Shown here piece by piece: positions 26,434 through 38,996 of a stretch of DNA of 64,000 nucleotides; the first letter of the stretch is position 1; the number at the start of each line of letters is the position of its first letter. A model generated the notes under the pieces. That model saw only the letters and a program-made list of their open reading frames with translations, had not been told where the DNA came from and made no database searches. The DNA is taken from the NCBI GenBank assembly GCA_951406725.2, contig OX597817.1:19530001-19594000 (forward strand), written 5' to 3'. This DNA is from Octopus vulgaris. Taxonomy: Eukaryota. The position numbers were made by a program, and so were the translations under genes.

Positions 26434-26833
26434 GCGCAGGAGTGGCTGTGTGGTAAGTAGCTTGTTTACCAACCCCATGGTTCCGGGTTCAGTCCCACTG
26501 CGTGGCACCTTGGGCAAGTGTCTTCTACTATAGCCTCGGGCCGACCAAAGCCTTGTGAGTGGATTTGGTAGACGGAAACTGAAAGAAGCCCGTCGTATAT
26601 ATGTATGTATATGTGTGTGTGTTTGTGTGTTTGTGTTTGTCCCCCTAGCGTTGCTTGACAACCGATGCTGGTGTGTTTATGTCCCCGTCACTTAGCGGTT
26701 CGGCAAAAGAGACCGATAGAATAAGTACTGGGCTTACAAAGAATAAGTCCCGGGGTCGAGTTGCTCGATTAAAGTCGGTGCTCCAGCATGGCCGCAGTCA
26801 AATGACTGAAACAAGTAAAAGGGTAAATAGTAA
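26434..26833 (+). mobile_element. tRNA-derived SINE family 1, full length
   Basis: A box TGGCTGTGTGG, B box GGTTCAGTCCC, internal (TA)(TG) tract, GTAAAA-type tail. Nearly identical to 33337-33746. Confidence 0.9.
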
Positions 26834-27650
26834 AAGAGAGAGAGAGAGAGAGTACATACGTCTTTGCAGATGATACGCACATAAGCAGGCATGTAACTAG
26901 TTTTGGAGTTTCAGACATTAAAATTTGGTTATTCTAAGCTACTATGTTCAAGAGATATTTTTCGAATATATCGGCACCAGTGCTTATTTCATTAAGGCAC
27001 GTTTATGAGTTATATAATTATTCAATATACAAGTTGTTGATTTTTATACAATATCGATTGTTGTATCATTAACACAATAAAACACCATATATAGCCATAT
27101 TCACATACACACACATGTCGACAAGTAATGCAAAGGTTTCCATTACTAAATTCCATTCATAACAAACTGATAAACATGAGCAAATAAAAAAGCCTCTCTT
27201 GTTTGCTGAATCCAAACTTCTACATTTTCAGCTGTATCAACTGTACAACTGTCAAGCTAATATCGGTTTCAATTTTGGCAATCGGTCAGCAAATTGTGGG
27301 GCGAATGCAGTGCGAAACTGGTACTTATTTATCGAGCTTAAAAGGATGAAATCAAAAGTCAACCGCCCCGGAATTTGAACTTAAAATGTAGAGAAGAAAA
27401 GCTGTTAAGCATTTCTTTTCTGACGCAGTAACGTTTCTGTCCACTCCCTATCTTATTTTGAGTAATAATATCGAAAGGCAAATATATTATGCACATATAC
27501 ACACAAACATACATACATACATACATACATACATACATACATTAACACATCCATCCATCCATCCATCCATCCAGCCAGCCAGCCAGCCATACATACATAC
27601 ATACATACATACATACATACATACATACATACATACATACATACATACAT

Positions 27651-28820
27651 AAAGGGTGCATAAGTTATATGAAGACTTACCTCTTTTTGGTCATTGCAGC
27701 ATTTTTTTTCTAACTCTGTATAATTTTTGTTTCAGAAAATGATAACAGCTTACTTAAGAAATGAAGAAGCATGCTATTATTGTGGTTATAAAGGATGTGC
27801 ATAGCGAATTAGAATCTCGATTTTTGAAAGTAGCCAGATCTTTCGTCTACAAAGTGAGTAAGGAGTTAGAGACTGAAGATTGAAATGTATCACCAGTATC
27901 AAAACATAAGAATAGCATCCCAAATGCTCTGAAATTTTCAGAACACCTGAATTTATCCTGTAATTTCAACAGACCATTGATTACAATCCCAGAAAGTCAT
28001 TAAGTTAACTACAAAAAATTTCAATATGTCAAAAGTGTCAGATATAAGTCTTATAATAAGAGTAAAGGAAACTTTCTGTCAGAAAAAGCAAATGAAAATC
28101 ATTAATCAAAAGAAAAAAGAACGCAAAAGAAAATCAGATCTAAAATGCTCTTAAGCAAACTAAAAAAATCCAACAGAGCAATATTTGATTTGGTTTTTCT
28201 CAAGCGAGAAACACTTTGACGAAGATCAAAATGTTAACAGAAGAAATGACAGATGGTTATGCGCAGACTCTTCTGAAGTTCCACGTGTTATGCATAGGAC
28301 ATTGCCACCTACATTGAGTTCCTGGTAAGAATTGTTAAGCCCTGGATAGACAATGTATGCAATGGAAGGCCATATATGTTTCAGTAAGACTCTGCACTAT
28401 CACACATGGCTCCAATAACACAAGAATAGAAGGATGAAAATTTTCATGATCACATATCCCCTAACATTTGGCCTCCTAATTGCCCAGATCTCAGTCCATT
28501 GGGCTATTACATGTGGAGTGTTGTTGAGAGAGAGAGAGAGATCAATGAACTTGCCCATAACACCAAAGATTCCTTGAAAGCTGACACAGTCATAATAATG
28601 TCGAAAATGAACCAGGACCACTTGATTCGAGCATGTAGATGACTTAGATCTCGTATAGAAGCAATTATTGAAGCTGAAGATTGCTTTATTGAATAACATT
28701 ATAGAAAAGAAGGGTTATTTTTATTCCCATAGCAGTTTTTGATAAATAACGTTATTATCAGTTATTATATGCGTTTTCATTATAAACAAATCTGTCCTCA
28801 AATATCTTACGCACTGTGTA
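27651..28820 (+). mobile_element. Decayed Tc1/mariner-superfamily transposon with degenerate TIRs
   Basis: gggtgcataagttatatgaagac vs gtcctcaaatatcttacgcactgtgta. Transposase remnant WPPNCPDLSPLGYYMWS near 28468. Confidence 0.75.
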
Positions 28821-28862
28821 TATAATACACACGCACGCACACACACACACATACACACACAC

Positions 28863-28916
<54 letters not shown>

Positions 28917-28917
28917 A

Positions 28918-29920
28918 TACACTCTTGGCCAAAAGTACAAGGCCACCCCAATGTTTTAGGGTTCTTCTATCTCAATATGAATGAAATTCGTGCACATGAT
29001 AGATTATGGTATATTTCACAATGTACATTAGTTTTAATACCTGGTTGACCCTCCTTTCGCATCAATTACCGCTTTTATACTGTACTGTACATATACAACA
29101 AATTACGAGTAAGACCAACGTCCAAAATTAACTTATGTTTCCCTGATTATTTCAGAGCTTTATGCTAAAATACGTTGTAGATACAGGTAATAAACAGTAA
29201 AATGCCTAAAACAAGGGAGTTGAGTGAGTGTTAGCGAGGTCGAATCGTAGCTCATCATGAAGATGGAATTTCTCAAAGGCAAATTGCTCAGAAGATGAAA
29301 TGCTCTCGATGTGCGGTTCAAACTACTCTCCAGCGATTCAGAGAGAGACAAAAGATGTGAATACAATACAGAAAACAGGTACAAAAAAGCTTACATCACT
29401 TCGTGATGATAGGTCCATCATCCGTCGGTCGCTCAGAAATAGGAGAAAAACATCTGTGCGGATTTCAACGAGACAAGTACTTCACAAATATCAACCAGAA
29501 CTATTAGAAGAAGGCTTGTAGAGTATGGTCTGAAAGGTTGTAAGAATGAAGCCATGGGTTTCTGAAGCGAATATGGAAAAACGTCTTCAGTGGGCCAAAT
29601 TGAACCAGTGAGCAATGGTTGAAAGCCATATACTCTGATGACAGTAACTATGAGATAAGATATTACATGTATTCGATCAACATCTAAACTTAATGTAACT
29701 GGTTTGTTGCCCAAACTATATTTTAAAAAGTATCGAGCATAAAGCTAATATTATTTTTCATGTTTTTACTCAGGTACGTGTGGTGTAACATTCGTGCGTC
29801 GCACAGCTGGGGAAGTATTTAAGGCATGATGTCTGGTACCAACCGTAAAACATGGGGGTGATGTCGGCCGCAGGACCCGGAGAAATGTTTTTTTATTTCA
29901 GGGAAGGATGAATTCAGGTA
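28918..29920 (+). mobile_element. Decayed Tc1-like transposon
   Basis: TACACTCTTGGCCAAAAG start. Remnants TSLRDDRSIIRRSLRNR, YSD and PTVKHGG (29859-29880). Confidence 0.7.
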
Positions 29921-30261
29921 TATGAATAAACGCACATACATATGGAATTCTATACATTTCCGTGTTTGAGTTTTAGTATTACTAATTAGTCACTGAATTA
30001 TTTGTGTCAGTATGATAAAACTATTATTGTACGATCAGATTAATTCAATATATATATTTAAAACTATAATTACATAGTTAGCAGTCGTGTAATTTTTGCT
30101 TCCTTTTTAATGTCGAGGTTATACAGTCGTTGCTGTTGAAAATATTTGATAATATGTCACGTTACTGGTGGCATTGATATAGTTGTTTTTGCGTCAGTAT
30201 TCTCTCTTGGCAGAGTTGGCACAGTTCTGCCTTTAGTTCTGAACATATACTTTATCTGTAA

Positions 30262-30774
30262 CTAGCAGTATCGCCCGGCGTTGCTCGGGTTTGTAAGGGA
30301 AATAACTATATAAGCATTTTTAGAGAGTTACTTCCCTTATAGATGCCAATTCGGGCTTTCTTAGCCATTTCTGTTTTGGTGTCTTCAAGCCATGAAGTCG
30401 TTGTTCTAAAAGAACGCTGGTCTCCTTGACAACGCTTTACGACGTTGATTTCCTTACACTCCCTTCCCCACAGCTTCACGAGGGAGGGAAGAAGGGGGAG
30501 AAGCAAACAGGTGCAGGTGTGACTATGGACGCCAACTCCGCCGCCATCGACACACAAAAAATTATGCATTAAAATGGAATAAAAAATGATGTTAAATTAT
30601 TCTTAAAATCGTAGACTCAGCGTAGACGCGCGCTAATACCCAGACGGGCTCGATATGAATCACGACTATAAGATACCCGAATTTGGTTAAACTGCACCGC
30701 AAAATGTGGGAGTAGTTAGGAATCTAAATCGAAGAGGACAGACACTCACACAACTACAGTTTTATATATATAGA
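30262..30774 (-). mobile_element. Non-autonomous Helitron, complete
   Basis: Minus strand: A|TCTATATATATAAAACTG...CCCGAGC-AAC-GCCGGG hairpin...CTAG|T. Confidence 0.8.
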
Positions 30775-33336
30775 TTACTCCAGATGTTTAATCATGTAGG
30801 CGAGTTGAAGGAATCTAATTCTGATATGATTTAACCCAACGTATCTGAATATCTCATTTTTAATTATACTCGACCGAATGTTCTAGACAATCACTGATGC
30901 TACAATCTGTCTTCTGTGTGACTGTAGCACAGTTGTTTCACTGCACTTCAAAGCATGTTATGCGGAAGAAGAGGACTTCAGTTTCACAATTCCGTCGTGT
31001 TTCTTAGAAGCTATTGCTGTTGTTATTAGCACGTTTTTTCTTGAATGCCAGTAATCTACTGAATACTGATTTAATGAATCTGCTCTGTACTTTTACTCTC
31101 TTAATTGCAGGTATCAGTTCATGATCTTAGATTTAATCCGTGTTCTGAAGTTCATATATTCCTAACGAAGTTTATATTTTCAGATAAACTATATAGAATT
31201 GAAAAATTGAACAACAGGTAGGAATTAGGGGAGAATAATACAATGTAAACCAGAATGACATAAACATTAACACTAATGCCTTATTCACTGTAATATCTGT
31301 GATAAGTTTTGAACACTTTACTCCAACACTGATGTTTTATATCGTCTACATATGCACACAAACAAGCTGGCACATCACGTTGATGAATAAAATTTAATTA
31401 ATAAAATTGGAACAAAAGCATTTATAAAATAAACTTCATTTAGGGAAAGGAAGATTTGGTGGGGAGTGACACAATGGAAGTAAACATTGAGAATATTAAT
31501 AATCAAGAAAAAACTGGGAGAATGAAAATGAAAAAGAATAGACCAAGAATTAGATACAGTGAGTGATATATTAATTGCGGTATAAAAGTGAATGTGTTGG
31601 GGGATGATGTGTAACGATGAGAAAGCGAGAGTACTGCAAAGGATGGGGTAAATGGGGAGAGTATATGTAATTTTATGCAACAAAGCATTTGATTATTGAT
31701 CGCACCAAATGAATGGACAATAAATATAAGAATACAAAACAAAAATACAAAACAAAAGAACGTAGACATAATGTCAAACATCAAACATAAACGTGAAAAC
31801 CTCAACGGAAACTAATATACAAATTTATTATTTGAACTAGACGTTTGATCCCTATGAATGTTATGACTGATTGAATAGTCTCATAGACCAGGCTTAATTA
31901 AAAGCAGAAGCAAGTAATTTACTTGATTCTAGCAGAAATCTCCCCTGAAGGCGTTTATTTCTGTAGGTCTGGTCTCTGTGAACAAATTACTTGATTACAA
32001 ACAACGCATAACAATTACGTTGAATATAACGAACAAATCATTTTGTTTTACATGTGTTCAGTTGTTGTATTTGAATATTTATTTTATGATTTTATTTTAT
32101 TTATCTTTTTTTTTTTTTGGTTTGATTATTATATTTCGTTCAATCCCCAAAGCAACGGCAATCTATTCGTAGGAGTTTCCAGACGAATCAATATGGAAAC
32201 AGCTTTTCAAAATCCTCCCCCTTCTTCATCACTTGAAATCAAATGTTTTAGTGCGATGCCTAAAGGTGTTCTTTTGTCAATATTTATATCCAACTCAAAC
32301 CAATTTCCAACATCAACATTCGGTTGTTTTTGTTCTTTGTATTTTATATTTGTATATTTGTTTGTCAGTTATACATACTGAATGATTATTTCATAAGTAT
32401 AATAAACAAATGGAAACGAAACGAAGAAGGAATATTAATGCAATATCAAAAAAGCAGATATAACGGAAGAAACTAAATAATATTTATCTGATTCATGACC
32501 ATACATGTTTTGTATGTCCTACTATACTAAAGAATATTATGGAAATATGGCTCCTGATCAAGCTGATATAAGGAGATTTCTTGTTTGAAACACAGTTTTC
32601 TTAGAAAAACGGAATCATGCAAAATATGTTAAGAAATTTGGTCTCCAAACGTGCTTGTAGATACAATGTTTTCTAAGAATGATCAAAATATGCTGCTAAC
32701 ACAAGGAAAAGTCTTATATATTAATTTGATATGCTTAATAATAGCATTCTGTGGTAAAGCAATGGCATTTACTTACGTTTTAATATTGCATGCAGGGCAA
32801 CTGAAATAAAACTGCACAATCTTTCAATTTCGGTGACCAGTTCTCAAGCTCCGTCGCTCTGAAAAGGTCAACGTTTGAATGATTCATAAAGCTAATCAAA
32901 TTCTACAGACTGTAAACATTCGATGAAGGGTATAGTAATTGAGGAAACGATTCACAATTTTTATTGCCCTTCTTCGCTGACAGACATTTATGTTTTCCTA
33001 TCGCAGTTAGTAAGATCAACGTTAAAATATAGACTCTAATGGGAATCTATCGACATGTATATTCTGCACATGTTCATTTACTATCCATAGATATCTTTTT
33101 TATAATGATCATGTTGTAAAAAATATATAGTTTTCAATAGCGTTACGTTTCATTTCATTACCACTGCACTCTAATGAAGCTTGATAATATCCAACGGTAC
33201 TCTCGACAACAACAATATAATATTCCATCGTTTTCAGATCGTATGACAAAACATCGTGCAGGCTTCATAATACATTTTGACAAATTGAGATGGTGGTTTT
33301 AAGATACAGAGTTGCAAAATACCAACAGTTATAATA

Positions 33337-33746
33337 GGTGCAGGAGCGGCTGTGTGGTAAGTAGCTTGTTTACCAACCACATGGTTCCGGGTTCAGTCCC
33401 ACTGCGTGGCACCTTGGGCAAGTGTCTTCTACTATAGCCTGGGGCCGACCAAAGCCTTGTGAGTGGATTTGGTAGACGGAAACTGAAAGAAGCCTGTCGT
33501 ATATATGTATATATATATATGTGTGTGTGTTTGTGTGTCTGTGTTTGTCCTCCTAGCATTGCTTGATAACCGATGCTGGTGTGTTTATGTCCCCGTTACT
33601 TAGCGGTTCGGCAAATGAGACCGATTGAATAAGTACTGGGCTTACAAAAGAATAAGTCCCGGGATCGAGTTGGTCGATTAAAGGCGGTGCTCCAGCATGG
33701 CCGCAGTCAAATGACTGAAACAAGTAAAAGAGTAAAAGAGTAAAAG
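33337..33746 (+). mobile_element. tRNA-derived SINE family 1, full length
   Basis: Same head, body and (GTAAAAGA)n tail as 26434-26833. Confidence 0.9.
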
Positions 33747-34412
33747 TTAACATTTGTTAAAACTGTAATTCTCACATGAATTTTTTTCAAGCATATTTTT
33801 TAGTACGAATGTGATGTCAGTAAATGGTAACATGGAAATACATTTCATGACCAAAATTGCAAATACAGATGTTAATCGAAAAGAATAATGTTTAGATAAA
33901 AAGTACGACTCACGTCGTAGATACAATGTTGAAATACTCTGTATTTTCACTGAAAAGGAATAAAATGGACAGACGGAACAGGTCTTAACTTAAGGCGATT
34001 ATACACCAACGAAATTCAACAGATGTTTAACACATGTAGATAAAAGTACAGAATCGATTTATCTGATATATATTCCTATCTGAGAATCATAAACGAAATT
34101 ATTTAAGACTCGTATCTAATATCCATGATGTTAAATTATGTATGAATTTTTCAAGGCATCATGCACAGCCGTAGGTATAACTATGTACGATCAGATCGAC
34201 TATCTGTATAGATGAGTGTTTTGCCGCTTACAGTGTAACATTTATATAGAACTGTAGGTGGAACCAAATAAAGAAATACTACGGTATTTAAGAAAATACG
34301 CACAGAAGCACTTTACTTTCGGATGTACCTTCAGTTCTGTTTCATAAACAGGTAAAGTCTTTCTTTCAGTTCACCACAATGTTACAAACATGTAACTGAC
34401 GTACAATATATA

Positions 34413-34639
34413 TTTCTTTACTACCCACAAGGGGCTAAACACAGAGGGGACAAACAAGGACAGACAAACGGATTAAGTCGATTACATCGACCCCAGTGCG
34501 TAACTGGTACTTAATTTATCGACCCACGAAAGGATGAAAGGCAAAGTCGACCTCGGCGGAATTTGAACTCATAACGTAACGGCAGACGAATTACGGCTCC
34601 GCATTTCGCCCAGCGTGCTAACGTATCTGCCAGCTCGCC
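34413..34639 (-). mobile_element. tRNA-derived SINE family 3
   Basis: Minus strand GGCGAGCTGGCAGA..., B box GAGTTCAAATTCC, then the core GACTTTGCCTTTCATCCTTTCG...GATAAATTAAGTACCAG. Confidence 0.75.
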
Positions 34640-35295
34640 TGACGTTCAATATAAATTTCAGGTACCTTATTCTAATGTTACCATGGTAATAGCGATTTTC
34701 CATATTCTTTAAATCTCCCCGTATACCAGTAACATATTAATAATCGAACGAGATAAGATTATGGTATGATTTGAAGATTCATGAAGATATATTATACTTG
34801 ATTTGTTGGTAGAATTTTAAGAGTTAACCTACTACAGTATCAATCCATACATAAACTGAAAGAATGACCCGCGAATAACAAAGCTAAAACTCCTTCACTA
34901 TGGTTACCTGTTGTGACTATGACTCAAAACATGAAACTTAAATTGGTCTTTTGAGACGTTGATGTCCTAGAACTAGTTGATTGATTATCGCTAAATATTA
35001 AGAAACGTGTCTTAGGATGTTGAGATGAAGACTTACTGGCTTCCTTGAAGATAACAGCCTCTTAAATTAAAACGGTATGGCCTTCGTCCAGGCAGAGACT
35101 AGCTAACAGTGTTTAAGTCACTTTGATGATATTTTAAAATTTATTTATCTTGCATTTAGCGAAGCCTTTAACTTAGTTGACTACACGCGCACCCACACAC
35201 ACATACACACACACACGCACACAAACATACACGCAAAAATATGTGAGTTAATATGCATTTATCTTAAAACCTGTGCATATATATATGTATATGCG

Positions 35296-35335
<40 letters not shown>

Positions 35336-35369
35336 AGTGTATATAAATATGAATTGGTGTTTGTTTGTA

Positions 35370-35770
35370 TTGTATTGGCATCCTTTCTGTCTCGGGAGAC
35401 AATGGAGTTGCGCATGAAGTAGTCAAGTCCGGCTTTTATATTTCATGTCCTGATACGTTTCCTGCTGTGGCTGTGTAGTCCTATCCTGGACAAACACTCC
35501 CTCTGGCAGGTACCGCAAATTTAGCGAAGACTGTTCCTGGCTGGTTGTAGTGCCATAGTCTCTTGTTTACGTCTCTTCCTTTCTTTCCATTTCTCCCCTC
35601 TCTCTCTCTGTCACTCCTTTGTATTCCCTCTTTTACGGTACGTCGCCATTCTCCACGTTTGCCGGCAACTGCCTCCCAACCGCTAATATTGATGTTGCAG
35701 GCCTTCATGTCCCTTTTGCAAACATCCTTGTAACGTAAGATCGGTCTACCCACAGACCTAGTACCCCTTG
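35370..35770 (-). mobile_element. 3' fragment of an RTE-clade LINE
   Basis: GRPILRYKDVCKRDMKACNINISGWEAVAGKRGEWR is a typical RTE ORF C-terminus. Confidence 0.8.
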
Positions 35771-36427
35771 TTTGTATGTGTGTACTAATGTACGTGTAGT
35801 TGTTTAGGATTCTTGCCTAAATTAAATTATAAATGATTTAGGAAATTATATAGGACGAAATATTATTCGTTTTCCTATTTAACAATATATTTCGAGAGCT
35901 TGAAATCGTCATGCTATCTTCGACAGATTAGGATATATCAGTCTCGTAGTGGACTGGGTCGAAACTGTTTATTTCTCACAAGTAAACGTTACAGATATAC
36001 ATACGGAGTCTGCTGAAAAGTACCTTAGGGTTATCGTGAAATGTCTGGTTGGTGGCGCAGCCTTCCGAGTTATTTTTACAGAATTTACGAAACCCGAATG
36101 ACTACTGCAGTATGTGAATCTGGGAGGGGAATATGTTGAGTAAAATAATAATTAACTGATCATCCTGTATTTTCTTTTATCCAAAGCTAAAACTTTTCAA
36201 CACCCCCTCCTACATGTATGTACGTATGTATGTATGTATGTATGTATGTATGTATGTATATATGTATGTATGAATGTATGTGTGTATGTATGAATGCATG
36301 TATGTATGAATGCATGTATGTATGTATGTATGTATGTATGTATGTATGTATGTATGCATGTATGTATGAATGTATGAATGCATGAATGTATGAATGTATG
36401 TATGTATGTATGTATGTATGTATGTAT

Positions 36428-36850
36428 GAAGCAGGAGAATATTAGGAGAAAGCGTAGAAAGAGTGAACCTGTCGAGGATGAGGGGCTGTTGCTTTTTGTG
36501 TGTGTGGTTTGTGCGAGCAGGTGCTTGAGTCGTGCGGGACTGGTCAGCCATCAAAGAACTCACAGAAATCGACTCATGGTAAGTAGTGACATGGCTATTG
36601 TTCAAAACGGAATACGTGCAACATGCGGAAAGGTGTGCCTCTCAGTTGGAGGAATGAAAGGGCACGTCAAAAGAGTTCATACTGTAGCACTTGTTTCTTC
36701 TGCCAGCCAGCATAGCTGTGCATTATGTAATAGAATGAGCAAAACTATCATCGGATTCAAGAGTCATACAATGGGCTCATCTTGCATCAACATTGACTCA
36801 GTTCAATGATTCTTTCTAGGAATGGCTTTTCTCGTATACAAGAAAGCAGC
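36428..36850 (+). mobile_element. RTE-like LINE 3' end with degenerate C2H2 zinc fingers
   Basis: FVCVVCASRCLSRAGLVSHQRTH, TCGKVCLSVGGMKGHVKRVH, CALCNRMSKTIIGFKSH. Confidence 0.6.
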
Positions 36851-36880
36851 TAATAGATATGCATGTATGTTTGTATGTGC

Positions 36881-37379
36881 GGAGGCGCGTGGCTTAGTGG
36901 TTAGTGTGTCAGCTTCATGATCGTAAGATTGTGGTTTCGATTACTGGACTGGGCGACGCATTGTGCTCTTCAGCAAAACACTTGATTTCACGTTGCTCCA
37001 TTCCACTCAGCTGACAAAAATCAGTAACGCTGCGATGGACTGGCGTCCCGTCCAGCCGAGGAACGCATACGCCATTGAAACCGGGAAACCGGGCTCATGA
37101 GCCTGGCTAGGCTTTAAAAGGGCGCATTTAGTGGAGGCGCGTGGCTTAGTGGTTAGTGTGTCAGCTTCATGATCGTAAGATTGTGGTTTCGATTCCTGGA
37201 CCGGGCGACGCATTGTGCTCTTCAGCAAAACACTTCATTTCACGTTGCTCCATTCCACTCAGGTGACAAAAATGAGTAACGCTGCAATGGACAGGCGTCC
37301 CGTCCAGCTGGGGAACACATACGCCACGGAAACCGGGAAACCGGGCTCATGAGCCTGGCTAGACTTTAAAAGGGTGCAT
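36881..37379 (+). mobile_element. Head-to-tail dimer of tRNA-SINE family 2 (36881-37132, 37133-37379)
   Basis: GGAGGCGCGTGGCTTAGTGG A box and GGTTTCGATT B box repeated with a 252-bp period. Confidence 0.88.
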
Positions 37380-37693
37380 GTATCATTTATTTTATGTATG
37401 TATATATGTAGGTATATATGCCCGTATGTAAGTATAGTAACACAAAATGGCGCCCAAATTACTAATAGCTGTTCAGTGTAGTCGTAAACAGTATCGAAAG
37501 AACTGTAGCTAACGTAGACGCCATTTGTATGTTATTAATTTATACATGCAAAGCAGAAGCGCGACGCAGTGATATTAAACACAAACTTGTTATAAGTTCA
37601 AATACGCATGGAAAATATTTGAACCGGTGAGAAAGCCATTCTCTGCATTTCCTCATGAGAAAATTATTTATAATTACGCTACAACAAAATGTC

Positions 37694-37728
<35 letters not shown>

Positions 37729-37729
37729 C

Positions 37730-37816
<87 letters not shown>

Positions 37817-37822
37817 TCTGCT
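37694..37822. repeat. Compound triplet microsatellite (CTA)n(CCA)n(CTA)n(CTG)n
   Basis: Directly visible. Confidence 0.97.
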
Positions 37823-38500
37823 GTTGCCACTTACGATGATAGTAATGATTTCTGACGTTGTCACATCAACACTAATATATGTTTGGTACACTGTGTTGTA
37901 AAACCCGAAAGAATGAAAAGCAAATTTAATCTTTGTATGACTTGAAAACCCCCAAAATCAAGCTAAAGGTCACAATATAATGTAATATGGGATCATTATC
38001 AGAGTTTTGCAATTAGAAAATTTAGTGAAAATTTTAAAATTCGGTGTATTGATGTAATTTTCCAAGTTGAATCTCGGGGTATATTTAGTTTTCCCAGAAA
38101 ATTAAGAATAAGAAAAAAAAAGTACAGTGGTTTAAATTTGGTCATTTTTACCCAGGTTGAAAGGACTTGGAAGCTGTCATTTCGTACGTGACAACACGTT
38201 GTGTCACCTGTAGACAAATGAAATGTTGCCAAAATTCTATTTTACTCACGCTATATAACCCCTCATAACTTTTATTTTATTTTAGAATTTTCATAGACTG
38301 TTAGCAAATTTGTATTCTACGTACAGTAATTCATGCGATTGTTCACAAACCCTGTAAAAAAAATAATGCGGAACTTAAGCGAAAAACAACTGCATAAGTA
38401 AGTAGCTTGGTAACATCTGTGCTTGTTGTCATGGAAACCGGCATGAATGTGTCTGTGGCTTACGATTAGCTAAAATTACCCAAAACTTGAAAACTTTACA

Positions 38501-38815
38501 TTACTCTTTTACTCTTTTACTTGTTTCAGTCATTTGACTGCGGCCATGCTGGAGCACCGCATTTGGTCGAGCAACTCGACCCCGGGACTTATTCTTTTTT
38601 GTAAGCCCAGTGCTTATTCTATCGGTCTCTTTTTGCCGAACCGCTAAGTGACGGGAACGTAAACACACCAGCGTCGGTTATCAAGCAATGCTAGGGGAAC
38701 AAACACAGACACACAAACACTCACACATACATATATATATATACATATATAAATACACCGGCATCGGTTGTCAAGCAATGTTAGGGGGACAAACACAGAC
38801 ACACAAACACACACA

Positions 38816-38853
<38 letters not shown>

Positions 38854-38996
38854 TACGACGGGCTTCTTTCAGTTTCCGTCTACCAAATCCACTCACAAGG
38901 CTTTGTTTGGCCCGAGGCTATAGTAGAAGACACTTTCCCAAGGTGCCACGCAGTTGGACTGAACTCGGAACCATGTGGTTGGTAAACAAGCTACTT
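38501..38996 (-). mobile_element. SINE family 1 body and tail; the head continues at 41193-41227 after an insertion
   Basis: Reverse complement of family 1 with an internal duplication. It breaks at ggtaaacaagctactt. Confidence 0.88.
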